From Vicugna vicugna (taxonomy: Eukaryota): a DNA stretch of 64,000 nucleotides. The notes below the pieces were generated by a model that was not told where the DNA came from, ran no database searches, and was given only the letters and a program-made list of their open reading frames with translations. Position numbers and translations under genes: made by a program. Of the stretch, positions 12,331 through 24,400 are shown in pieces; the stretch's first letter is position 1, and every line of letters starts with the position of its first letter. The DNA is taken from contig MU058557.1 in NCBI GenBank assembly GCA_013265495.1, positions 374,001-438,000 of the forward strand. The letters are read 5' to 3'.

Positions 12331-14647
12331 CTTGGGCGGAGGCTTTGCTCAAGAATGCGCTCCTGCATCTAAGGGACCATGCTGTGTCCCCTCTTCCAGG
12401 AAGCGTCCCTGGCTGCTTCGGCTGGCAGGACATCTCCTCCTCAGGTCCCCCCGCGTGCAGACCCCGAGGGCCTGGCCTGGCGCCACACCTCTCCGGGTCC
12501 CCAGAGGGAGGTGCCGTGTTGGAAGAGGACACCTTAGGCCTGGCGTAGGGGGCGAAGGGTTGGGGGCGAAGACAGACCCAATGGGAAGGGTGTGCACACA
12601 ACAGGTGGGCGGGAGAGCAGAAAGCGGAGCCGTGCCTGAGAAGCTGGGCAGAGCCCAGGGACAGGGGCTTGAAAGTTCCCCATGGGCCAAGCGGTGAGTC
12701 TCCAAGGCCAAGTCCTCCTCCTGGGAGCCCTGCTAGATTCCCTTCTCCTTGGCTGCGTGGGGCCGTGGCTGAGGCAGAAGGATCAGGTCCTAGGCCAGCT
12801 CCCGCTGGGCCTCTGGGAGGCGTGCTAATTACTGAAATTAACCTGTTGCTGATGAGGAAACCCAGGGCAACTGACGGAGGTGGCAGAGCCAGCCGCCTCC
12901 TCCCTGCCTCTCAGGAGCTCCGGATGAGACCCCTCCACCACCCTTTGGGATTTTGAGACTCTGCCCCTCAACCCAGGCTCAGTGGGTGGCTCCTTGTCCC
13001 AAGGTCTCAGGTGCTGGAACACAGGGCAGGTGACCCGCTGTGCTGAGTGGGTGGCAACTCTCAGCAGCTCAGAGAGGCTGTGGGGGAGGGGCCAGAAAGA
13101 AGCCCCTTTGGGGGTGAGGGACCCAGGATCCCCGCTGGCTTCTTTGCGGTCAGTGGTGAGGCCAGGGTATCCTGGGGTCTGAGGGTGGGTTGGCTGTGGC
13201 AGGGTGGAGGGAGGGCAGGGCAAGGACCAGCTGGCAGGGGGGAGCAGATCGCTGGACCCCCGGCGGTGGGGGAAGAGCAAGGCTCGTTGCGTAGATTCAC
13301 AGGCTGAAAGTGGGGAGCAGCTCCGGGTTCCCGGGTGAGAGGCTGGGGCCATCGCCCAGCTGGCAGGAGCTCCCCAGGGAGCACCTGGGGAGCAGGGCTA
13401 GGTCCTGGGAGCTGGGGTTCAGAGCCTGGGGGAACAGTGGCATGAGACTGCTCCTCACGCCCCTCCCAGCCTCCCCTGTGGCCTGGCTGGCGAGGTCTGG
13501 GCGCGCCCAGCTCCATGGAGTTGGCAAGGATCAAAGGGCGGAAAGCCGTCCTCCGCCCTCGCCCACTGAGACAGGAATCTGTGGCCCCGGGGGACGGAAT
13601 CCACAGCCACATTCCGGGTGCCCTGATCGCCACAAGGCGAGGGTGGGGCAGGGCTGGAGCGCCGAGGCTGGCACCATGGAGCGTGGGAACACCGCTGCTG
13701 CCAGCACCCAGGCAGGCGACACCCTCCGCCGGCTGGGGCTTTAGCCTTCACTCCTCTGCCCTCCTTTGAGGGCCTAAGTGGGGTCCAAACGGGATCCACA
13801 CAGCGAGGGGCCTGGGTCTTCGCTGCTCACAGCAGGGGGCTGCTCACCCTCGCTACGTAGGGGGACACAGCCCTGGCCTCCACCAGGCACTCTGCGCTAG
13901 CGGACCCTGCCCTGCCTGGGCCAACAGAGGCCTTGGGAAGGAGAGGGTATTGGTGGGCCCCCCAGACAGGGGACACGCTGAGCGACAGGATCCTGGCACC
14001 CTCCCATGTGCTCGCACACGCACACACTCAGCCTGCGGCGACTTGCTCTCTGGCAGGAAGGCAGCCTTGCCTCTGTCCTGGTTGCAGTCCCAGAAGCTCC
14101 CTGGGAGGGTCTGTCCCCCTGTCTGTCAGCCCCGGCTGGAGCAAGGCGGAAGTGCCCTGCAGACCCCTTCCCCGTGGGTGCGAGGCCCCTGGCCGGCCGA
14201 GGGGGTGGAGCCCTGCTCCCGAGGGGCGGCAGAGACTAGCCAGGCTCGAGCTGGAGGCAGGGCCCAGCGCTCTGTCCAATAGTCGGCCCTGCCCAGCCAA
14301 GCCAGTGCTTCCCACCCCCACTCTGCAGGTGGAGAGACTGAAATCCAAAGAGGACAGGTGACGTCCCCAGAGTCACACAGCCAGGTGCAGGCAGCACAGC
14401 AGGTTCGAGGTGGACTTGGAGAAACCCTGGAGGCCCAAACCTTGTTCTCCTGAGAGCCAGGACGGCGGCACCCCCTTCTCTGGCCTGTTTCCTCGCCTGG
14501 GGAGGGGCTCCAAGTAACCACCCGGCAGAGCTCTCAAGAAGCCCCAAGGCACGAGCCCAGTCGGCCTCTTCCGCCAGCAGTACCCGGCCCCCAGTCCCCG
14601 CTCCCAGCCGAGAGGCTCTGATGCACCCAAACCCCACATCTGAAACA

Positions 14648-14666
14648 TGGCGCCCCCTGGTGGCCA
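14648..14666 (-). promoter_or_regulatory. CTCF motif, consensus match
   Basis: Minus strand reads TGGCCACCAGGGGGCGCCA. Confidence 0.75.
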
Positions 14667-16349
14667 CCAGTGGCATGAGGCCACCTGTCTTCTGCCCTGG
14701 GGTGAAGGAACGGCTTTTACCAAGTGGGTGAGAAAGGACCTGAAGAGTGGAGGGGGAGGGGGCGAGCCAAGGGGAAGGTGCTTTGGGGGCCACAGGGCAG
14801 TGGGGCTGCTGGGCCAGAGTAGCGTCCCTGGGAGCTGGTCCATGTAGGGGAGGCTGCGGACGCCAGGTCAGGAGCTTGGAGCAGATCCTGTGGGCAGTTG
14901 AAGGCCATCAGGGCTGAGGGTCACTGTTCCCTGAGGGATGGCTGCCGGGGAAGCAGGAACTGGGGCAGGATCTGCATGTGAGAGGAGGGTGGCCCCCGCA
15001 ATGGGGTTTACAGCCCCCCCAATAGATGGCTCCCTAGGCCCTAGTGGGGCTCAGCTGTGGTATGTGGTCAGCTTGAGGCCTCTGCGGGCCCACGCTGGGG
15101 AAGTGCTGGCCAGGCCCTGAAGCCTTCGGGAGATGGCAATGCCTGCCGCTCTTTAGACTTGAGTGCTGGGTCACTCTGGGAGGTCCACCCTGACCCTAAC
15201 TTGTCCCCTGAGGCAGCTACCAGAGCACAGGTCTGGGAAGCCCAGTCAGTGTTTGTAGAATGGGACTTTGATGGGGGAGTGAAACGGTGGCGTTTCTTGG
15301 TGGGGCTCCCAGGCCAGCCTGGCTTCCTGCTGGCCACGCTGCCCTGGCCTGAGGTCTGGCTGCGTGGGCCCTATGCCCCCTCTCCTGGTCAGAGGCGACA
15401 GGCTGTAACAGTCAGGGGCTGAGGGGTCTAGGGTAAGAGGGACGAGGCTGGGGTGGATGGGACTCAGGGTCATCCGCTGGCCCCCAAACCCCGGGGGTGC
15501 AGAGAGGGGCCATGAAATGTGGGGGTCAGGCCAAGATGGGGCAGGCCAGTCCATGGGGCTCTGCTGGCCTAGGGGTCTAGGGCTGGGCTAGGGTTCAGGG
15601 ACAACTCCTTCCTGGTCTCTGGGCACAGGGCAAAGGGACAAGTCGTGGCTTGTGGCCCCTACTCCATCCAGCACTGGGAGGGCAGTGGGGTGCGGGGCAG
15701 GGCCGCGGCATGGAAGCAACCCTGGGCCCTGGGCAGGGAGAGGAAGCGGCTCGCCCTACCTCAGGGGCATTCCAGCATCCCCCAAGGAGGGGGCGCCATG
15801 CACCCTAGGACTCCTGGTTCTGGTGGTGACAGTCCCCCTGCAGGCCACAGCTCCCCAGAATATCTGCCCAGAGGACTCATCCTCCCTGGACGGGTCCATC
15901 CCAGGCCTTTGGTGTCTGTGGCCAGCGCCGTCCAGACTGTGCTTCCTGTGGCCGCCTCCCCTCCCTGGGCTCAGTTGTCACCAGAGCCCTGAGGGACCTC
16001 TTGGCCTGGAGAATAAGCTGTGCCCCAGGCCACAGGCCTGCCCTCCCACCACACAAACCTGGACCCCCATATGGCAAAGTGGTCTTTGGTGGGGGTGACC
16101 TGGGGAGGGGGGAAGGGACGGTTAAGCTGCGGGGGTGCCCAGTGTCCCAAGGTGCAGCTGACACCCGTGACTCTCCCCGAATTTGCACCCCGTTACTGAG
16201 CCATCCTGACACTGTCCCAGACACCTATTCTGTGTCCGCTCCTGGAATCCTGAGAAACTATCCAATGATGGAAGGAACGCCCTTGGCACAGATGGGGACA
16301 CGGAGGCACGGAACATCTGGTAACGTGCCCCAGGCTGCTAGGATTCAGA

Positions 16350-17800
16350 CCAGTTGTCCGGTGGCTGTGGGGCGGGAATGCGGACCCGAGGGCAGCCCTG
16401 CTGCACGTGGAGGAACCCGGCTGGGCCGCTTCGCCAGGCGCGCGGGGAGGCGGGCGATGCGCGCCCCGCCCCCGTCGGGGAGCCGGCCTCCTCTTGCCCC
16501 TGCCGGCTGGAGCTGGCCCAGGGTGGAGGGGTCGCTGCGGCCACCGACTCCCCGGAGAATTCCAGGCGCGTGTGTCAGCGCGCTGGGCTTCGCCACCTCC
16601 TCGGCCCCCTCGGCCCCGTCGGCCCCCTCGGCGGTTTGGCGCGGAAAGCTGGATTCCCGAGGGGGCGGGGGAGGCCCCCCGGGCCTAGGGCGGGGTTGGA
16701 GGCCCACTCCTGTACCCCCCGAGCGGCCCAGGCAGGAACCGGCCTCCCCGCCACCCGCTCCCAGTTCCCGCGCCCCGAGGTCTCTCCGTTCCCTCAGGGA
16801 GGGGGCGGGGAGGGCCGGCACGGAGGGCTCTGACTCGGGAAGGGGTTCCGGGAGGGAGGCCTGGGGCACCGAGACACCCTGGGCCTGGGGGCCAGCCTGT
16901 GCGCCAGGAATTCTCACCACCTTGTGGGGGTAGGCCCTGCCCGACAGACAGAAGAGACCCTGGGGCTTGGTGACGACCCCCCAGGTCACGGACGACCGCA
17001 TGTTTCTGTGCAAACCTTTACGTGAGTGGGGGGCGGCGTCTGGAGCTTGGGTACAAATCCCAGTTGTGCCTCGATTTTCGCATCTGGAAAATGGGGACCA
17101 GAGCAGTACCTGCCTTTCAGAGTATTGCTCAAATAAAAGAGACTGCGGCGAACGCATTTCTGCCCGGGGTGGGGTCCTGCCCCGGAATATGGTCGCGGAC
17201 CCCCGGGCGCACTTCTATGCGGGGGTCCCCACCCTGGACACCCGCTCTCCCCATACCTCTGCCCTGCCTACCCTGGCTCTCTCGGGGACTGCCTGGAGCC
17301 CCCTCCGGGCCGCACAGATCGAAGTCTCCCCGCCCGCCCCGGGCCCGCCCTGGCGCTGCTTTGCCAGCGGTCTCAACAGGCCCTGGCGCGCTCAGGCCCG
17401 CCGCGGGGCGAGGGTGGGTGCGCGCGGCCGCCAGGTTGCCCCGCTGGGCCCGACCGGGCGGGCCGGGGATCGGAGGGGGCAGGGGAGGCTGTAGGTCGGG
17501 AGATGGGGTGGAAGAGGGAAGATGGAGGAGGCGGAGGTGGAAGGGGCAGGGAGGTTGAGGGCTGGGGCTGCGAGGTTTCGGGAGCGCTCTGGGGTGGAGG
17601 CGGCAGGAAATCTCGGGACCACGGGGGCCGGGGGAGAAGCGGGGAGGCTCACGGCCTAGACGGGGTGAGGGGAGGAGGGAAGGGGGCTGGGAGTCTCGGG
17701 ATCCGCAGCGGGGGGAGGGTGCCCCGGGACCGCAGAGACCACCCAACCTTCCACTCCCGCTGGTGGGTGCCCCGCCCCTCCCTGTTCCCCTGGCGCCGCA
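16350..17800. promoter_or_regulatory. CpG island / GC-box region
   Basis: Dense CpG at 16350-16850 and 17150-17800, several CCCCGCCC boxes, interrupted by a MIR. Confidence 0.6.
17035..17170 (+). mobile_element. MIR fragment
   Basis: 'gggtacaaatcccag...gtgcctcgattttcgcatctggaaaatgggga...cagtacctgcctttcagagtattg' matches the MIR core. Confidence 0.7.
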
Positions 17801-18799
17801 CGCCCTTTTCACTTAGGGTAGACCAAGGGTGCAGGTCTGCAGCGCATCTGGCGAGGGTGAGGATTTGTGTCCCAGTGTACTGGGTGCTGAGGGGTCTCCC
17901 CGAGTTGCTGGTGGGACGCACTGGCGGCACTGGGGGGAGAAGCGAGCCTTGGGTGCTGGCTGAGCCGGTGTTCTTGGAGCGCCACCCACACCCACCTTCC
18001 CCTGCCCTCACCGTCGCCTCCCCAGCAGAGGCTCTGGGCCAGAAGACCGGGGACGCGCCCGCGCCCGCCCACTGGCACAGATGGAGCCCCGGAGCGGGGC
18101 CCTGGAGCGCAGTGCCGGCGGTGGCCACCAGGCGGCGGGGCAGGGCGGGGCCTGGCTGGTAGGGCCAGTGGAGCCTCACGGATCCAGTTTCCGAGGCCGG
18201 CGGCTCCTGGGCTGCCCGCCCCTTCCCGTGAGGGCCTGGTGGGCTCACAGAGGGGCACCAGGCCCTCGACACCTGACCTCATCTTGGAGTTTCTGTGCAA
18301 GAGCGGGACAGGGAGGCAGCTATCTGGGGGCACTGGGAGGATGAAACGGGGTCTCCCAGCTCTGCCTCTAGGAGGGGACCTTTGCTGAGACTGTGCCTTT
18401 GTTTCCCCTACGAAGATGGGAGTGAGGGGAGGAGAATCTCAGGCTGCTGGTCCTCCTTGTCCCGAGGGGAAACAGGCTGTGGGCAGCTGGGCCTCCGGGG
18501 GAGGGGACGGCTGATGGCCGGCCCAGCGGGAGGAGGGGAAGGTGGCCCTTGGGCTCCGCTGGGGGAATGGCTGGGCCAGGAGAGGGCCGGCCAGGAGAGG
18601 GCCTCAGAGGACCCTGAGCTGAGCTTGGGGCGCGTGTGCATCTGGGCCTGGCCATGGGGCCCGGGGCTGGGCAGCTGGGTGGGCACTCTCCCATGGGAAG
18701 CTGAGGTGGAGGATGTGGAGGAGCCCAGGCTGCAGCAGTCCCCACCTGCTCGCCGCCTCGAAGCTCAGCTGCAGGCCGCAGCCGAGGGCCCTGCACCCA

Positions 18800-18935
18800 G
18801 CCCTACTCAGTACCTTGCGATAACCTAATTAGAAAAAGAATATGAAAAGGAATACACGCGTGTAACTGACTCGCTGTGCTGTACACCAGACACTAACACG
18901 ACCCTGTGAATCAGCTAGACTTCAGTTCACAAAAA
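18800..18935 (+). mobile_element. L1 3' terminal fragment
   Basis: 'gaaaaagaatatgaaaaggaata...taactgactcgctgtgctgtacaccagacactaacac...tgaatcagctagacttca'. Confidence 0.8.
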
Positions 18936-20779
18936 CAATGTAGGCGTCTCCTTCCTGGGGGTGCTGTCAACCTCCAGCCAGGGGGCCGCTTCCCAGACAC
19001 CTGCCCTGGCAGTGGCAGTGTCCAGCCGCACGCAGGGAGGAGCCGGTCGGCTGGACACCCCTCTGTAGCTGTGGCACGGCCGGAGCCCCGCCCTCACTCC
19101 CGTCCAGGCCCGAGGTCCACCCATCTGCCCCCTCCTATCACCTCTCTCCTGCCCCGTGTCCCAGCCTTCCAGGGCACAGCTTTTCCTAAGCCCTTCTCTC
19201 CACTCCCTCCTCAAGCCTTGGCCTGAGTCACCTTCAGAGAGCCCTCTTCTGAGCCTGTGCAGCAAAGGGTTAACTCAGTAGGCCCGGGTTGTCCGCAGCC
19301 CACACAGTCTAAAGACTAGTTTAGCCCTGGCCTGCTCCTAGGAGGCAACGTCTGAGCCCTTGGGCTGCCTGAGACCCCTGCCCTGAGCCCACAGCAGGCC
19401 CGTGGGTGGGTGGTGGCTGGGCAGCAGCTCCAAGGATCCACCCATCAGGACTTTCTCCTTGGTGTCCCGTTCACCAGGCACAGTCCTGGAAGAGCACCCC
19501 TGACTGTGATCAGCCCCCTAAGACAAGAAAGGGAGACTTGTAGGGAAAAGGGAGAGGGCAGAGTGGATGGACAGAGAGGTGGGCAGACGGATGCATGGAT
19601 GGATGCGCGCATGGATGAAAGAACTAGCGCAGTAAGCCATTAACTGTAGAAGGTAAGTGGTGGGTGCATCTGTCTTCACGGTGCTGTGTGTTTGAAAATA
19701 TCATACAGCGTTGGGGGAATGTCTATAGACAAGCACTGTGACCAAGTAGCTCATGAGCTAAAAAGAAGATCATGGTAAGGACTTTTAAATACCTAGAACT
19801 GAATGATTATTTTAAAAAGCATTGCATATCCAGACTTAGTGGGGTGGGGACAGCGGAATTGGCTTACATTGGAAAAGAAGGACACTGTAGGGGTTGTAAG
19901 CTGAGTCCCTGTCTTGGAAACTTCAAGGCCAGCATGGGGGATGGAATGGCCACAAAGGAGCTGGAGGGAAGATTTCATACCCCAGGGGATTGGTCACCGC
20001 ACAGCTTGATGCACGTGCCACAGGCCAGATGGCTCACCTGAAAGGGGTGAATCGCCTTGCACTGCAAAAATAGAATGGATTTTTAGGAATCTCTTTAGAA
20101 ATCTATTTAGAAATAGATTTATTTCTAGAACAAATAATAAGCTTGAATGGTCCTGTGCCTAGCAAATCAACTGAAGCAGTATTTAAGTCTTCCCACGTGA
20201 ACACTTGGAGCTGGAAAGACCTGTTTTGCAAGTGCAGACACAGAAGACAGAGGATGGAGGACTGTGCCCCACAGCCAGCCCGGGGTCAGCTCTCCTGATC
20301 AGTGACAGGAGGCTCTTGGCTATGCTCAGCTCCACCGGGCAGAGAGGAGCCAGGGAGAGCTCAGCACGCAGGTCACAGCCAGAGCCTGTGGCTGCAGCTG
20401 GGGACGCAGTCTTGTCCACTGTCTCCCCACGGTGGTCCGGGGTTTCTGAGGTGCAGCCTCAGAGCACAGATGCCAGCCCACCGTGGTGTCTGAAGGCGAG
20501 ATGGGACACTGCGGAGGCCGCACTTCTAGAATGGCCCTGTGACCTCCCCGCAGGAAAGCCTGGGGCTGGACAGCCCAGCACCAGGACCCAGGGGTGACCG
20601 TGGCTCCAGGGGTGGCAGACAGCCGTCAGTGGTGGCGGGAAGTTCACAGTGGAGCCAGGTGCCTTTTTCCTGAATAAAGTTAGGATGTACGTTTCCTCCG
20701 CAGGGTCACAGTTTTGTAAACGGGACAAGGAGGGCTCTCTGTGTGGAACGAGCAGTGTGGGCTGTCCCAGAGAGTGGGC

Positions 20780-21405
20780 CCAGGAAGCATCCAACCAGGA
20801 AAGGAAGCCACATGACCTCTATTCACAGATGATGTGATCTGATATGTAGAAAACCCTAGGTGGGAGGGTGCAGCCCAGCGGCAGGGCGCGTGCTTAGCAG
20901 GCACAGGGTCCTGGGTTCAATCCCCAGCACCTCCATTTGAAAAAAAAAAAAATCCAATTAAAATAAATAATTAAAAAAAAAAAGAAAATCCTAAAGATTC
21001 CACGAAAAAACTTGTCAGAACCGACAGGTGAAGTCAGCTGAGTCGCAGGCCACGGCGTCAACACGGAGACCAGCTTCATTTCCGTCTGCTTGTGGCAAAC
21101 ACGCTGGAAAGGAAATTAAGAAATCAGTTCCATTTTCAATGGCATCAAAAAGAATAAAATCCTTGGAAATGGACTTACCCGGGAAGATAAAAGGTCTGGA
21201 CAGAGCCTTGCTGAAAGGAGACATGGCAACGGGGGCACGCCCTGCGTTCACGGACTGGAGGGCTTCCTGTGGTTAGAACATCAGCTCTACCCAAGCCACC
21301 TGCAGGTCCCCTGTGGCCCCGTCCAAATTCTGGCGATGTGAATTTCTTTTGCAGGGATGGAAATACCGATTTTAAAGCCTGTGTGGAGTCTCAGGGGCCC
21401 CAGGC
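20780..21405 (+). mobile_element. L1 ORF2 (RT region) remnant split by a SINE
   Basis: LF(T)DDVI*YVENP|KDSTKKL across the SINE. ORF 21028-21276 contains EIKKSVPFSMASKRIK, resembling L1 EIKKTIPFTIASKRIK. Confidence 0.85.
20859..20982 (+). mobile_element. tRNA-Ala-derived SINE (Vic-1-like)
   Basis: 'gcgcgtgcttagcaggcacagggtcctgggttcaatccccagcacctcca' plus A tail. TSD agaaaacccta (20848-20858) / agaaaatccta (20983-20993). Confidence 0.9.
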
Positions 21406-24400
21406 GGCCCCGGGAATTGACCCCCCTGTGCATACATGCTACCTTGGGACCTCCCCATCTACCCCAGCCTGGCCGTCAGAGGCTAAAGCGGGGGACAGGG
21501 ACAAAGGGGCGGCTGCAGGTGCAGCTCACATCCTGGGGCCCCGCCTTTGCCCCAGGGAGCCAAGCCCAGAGAACCCGGGCAGCCCGCCTGGCCACGCAGG
21601 ACACAACTGGGCCCAAGTCCCCAGCCCTGCTGGCCCTCCTCCTGCCTCCCTGGGCCCCCAGCAGCGTTCCTGAGTGTCTGCATGCGGGAGTGCGTGCGCG
21701 TGTGGGTGCGTGCCTCCGTCTCTGCACCGGGTTCGTTGGCATGTGAGCAAATGGGGGAGCCTGGCTGTGGCAGGCGGGTGAGGGAGTTGACAGGATACTG
21801 GTGGGGGTGGGGTGGAGGAGGCCTGTCCAGGTGGGTGTGGGTCCCCCTCAGCCCTGGCAGGTGACGGACCAAGGGCGGGGACCTGGAGGTGAAAGGCAGG
21901 GAGTGGCGGCAGCTCCACCTCCGACCTGGATTCTCTGTGAGGTGGGAGGAGCCCATGGGATCCCAGTGGAAGAGGTGGCCACACACACACACACACACCC
22001 TTTCGCTCTGCCCTCCTCTTCTGCCTGGACTCTTCCAGCCCTGAGCACAGCCTCCCATGTGATCACCCTGGGAGACCAGCTCAGGCCTGGCCCCTGCACC
22101 CGCTGCCTTGCACTAACCCCAGGTCCCACTGCAGTGCTTCTGGCCACACACCAGGACTGTGATCCACAGGGTGCTGCAGCGCTTGTCCCTGACCTGAGGG
22201 CCCCCTCCCTGGGCTGTGTGCCCCTGGAGGGCTGAGATCCCCCACCCTCCAGGACCCGCCCAGGGCAGTGCACACACAGGTGCCCAGTAAATGCTCTCTG
22301 GGGTGAGCTGATGGCCAGACCCAGTGGGTTTGTCCATCCGCCCTGGTCCCCTCTCTGCCCAGCAGCCTGGGAGCTGCCATCCTGTGTGATACCCGAACTG
22401 CTCTAAGCTGAGGCTGGCTGGAGCCCAGCTCCCTGCAGAGGAAACCGGCTGCTTCCGGCGTGAGCTGCGGCCGGACATCAGCCTAGGTGTTCCCCACATG
22501 GCTGGCTGTCTCTGCCGCGTCTGTCTGGGGAGGTGGGGGTTGTGTGGTGATGGGGCACTTCTGCTTTTTACTTGGTGGTGCAGGGTGACAGGTTGGGGAG
22601 GGCACAGTAGCCCAGACCCTGTGGGCTGCCACAGACCTCCAGGCCCACTCTCACCTGCCCGCCCACCCGCCGTGGTGCCCCACAGCTTGGGGCTTCTGTG
22701 GGGCCTGGGATGGTAGTGGGTTGGGGCAGTCCCTCTTGGCAGGGCTGGTAGGCAGCCTGTGTCCCCGCCCACCCTCCTCAGAGCAATTCCTAAAACTGGG
22801 CCTGCTTTAAACCTACCTATAGGCCATGCAGGCTCCCTACCCCAGCTCTTGGCATTTGGGGACCTAAAATTCTTTGTGGTGGAGGAAGGGCTGGCCTGAG
22901 CAACATCCCTTACCACCACACCCCGCCCCCCCCGACTTGAGCTGGCAGCACCCCCACCCAGTTGTGTCTCCAGAAAGGCTCAGTGTCACCTGGGGGCAAA
23001 ACTGTCCTGGGTGGGGACCCCTGCGGGAGGTCCTGGCCTGCCCTGGGCTGCACTGCGGGGAAGTGAGGCCGTGGGGGTCCCAGAGCGGGGCGACCAGGGG
23101 GAAGGGTTCTGCTTTCATTCCAGACCTACTGCCGTCCATTGACCGCGTGAGATCAGGAGACGGACTGGCAGAGAAGGCAGCCACCCGACCCAGGCCTCCG
23201 GGCTCCGTCTTGGGTCTTTCTGGGGGCTGGACCAAGCTTCCCAAAGTGGCCAGGGGAGGGCAGAAGTTGTGCCTGCTCTTCTGCGGGGGGATGTCTAGGG
23301 GGGCCTGGTCTTTGGGACTCTCCCTGTGTCATGGGACCCTTAGGGCAAAACAGTTGGTTCCTGAAAGCTGCTGAGACTGGACCACAAGGGCCCGAGGGCC
23401 ACACTCCTGGGAGGAGCTGCGGGGTCGGGGCAGGGGTCTGGGGGCAATGCTCTGGAAGGGCAGGGGGGCTGAGGGAGGGCAGGGGTCCCTCATCTGGGGG
23501 TGGGAGAGAGTAACTCTTCCTGTTTGGGGACTGGCACACAGCAGGTGCTTAATAAAACAGCCTCCTGTTGTGTGTGCCCAGGCCTGTCCCAGAGGGAGGC
23601 TGGCTCACCTGGGGCCTTCCCGGCTCCTGGATGGTCGTGCTGCCTGGTGTCTGTCTGCAGGGGCTCCCTCCCCGGGGCGGCAGGGAGAGCCCCGGGGCGG
23701 GAGGAGATGCGGGGGGCAAATGGGTGCGCCCTGGATGGGCGTGGTCTGCGGGCCGTGCGTCCGTCTGCGGGGGTGCTAATGCTTCTCTGAGCATCTCTGC
23801 TCAGCTGCCCTTCTCCACGTGCAGACGTTCCTTGTGTGCCTGCAGTATTAATTCTTGTCAGCTTTAGACCTGGCGCCTGTGTTCTCCTGTTCTGCCTTCA
23901 CGTGCTGGCTCGGTCCCGGCATCCGTGGCCAGCAGCAGTCCTCACGTCGACATCATCAGGTTCCCCTTCTTCTTGCCCTCCTGTGATGCTTCTGGAGATG
24001 TTTTAAGTCCTTCTCCTTTCAGGCTGCCAAGAAATAATCCTGCGCCTTCTTCTACGAACGTCCTGATTTTGCTGTGTCACTCGGCGCGTGGGCCTACCTG
24101 AAGCCACCTTTGGTCCTGTCCCGGAGGAGTGGCTGCGGCCCCACCTGTCCTGCCCCAGGGACAGCCACGCAGGACGTGCAGGTCCTTTCTGCTTTCTTCT
24201 GAGGCTTTGCTGTCCGGTGTCGCATCAGCTGTGTCACCCCCCAGGCTGGGCTCGCTGTGCGGCAAGAGGAAGCTTCTTGCTACTTTCCAAACACAGCATA
24301 ATCCAAGTTCCAGTTTCCCTTCTCGCCCTCCCGAGAGTGGTTTGTACTGCCCTGGGGGCTGGATGTGAGTGTGGCCTTCTGTGAGCAGTTTCCACTCATG

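Noticed and set aside
11659..12697. Overlapping 150-260 aa ORFs
   Set aside because: Same CpG-island artefact.
16001..17812. Long ORFs (310, 270, 227 aa) in the CpG island
   Set aside because: Pro/Gly/Ala/Arg low-complexity, open in several frames on both strands, cross MIR sequence and have no domain.
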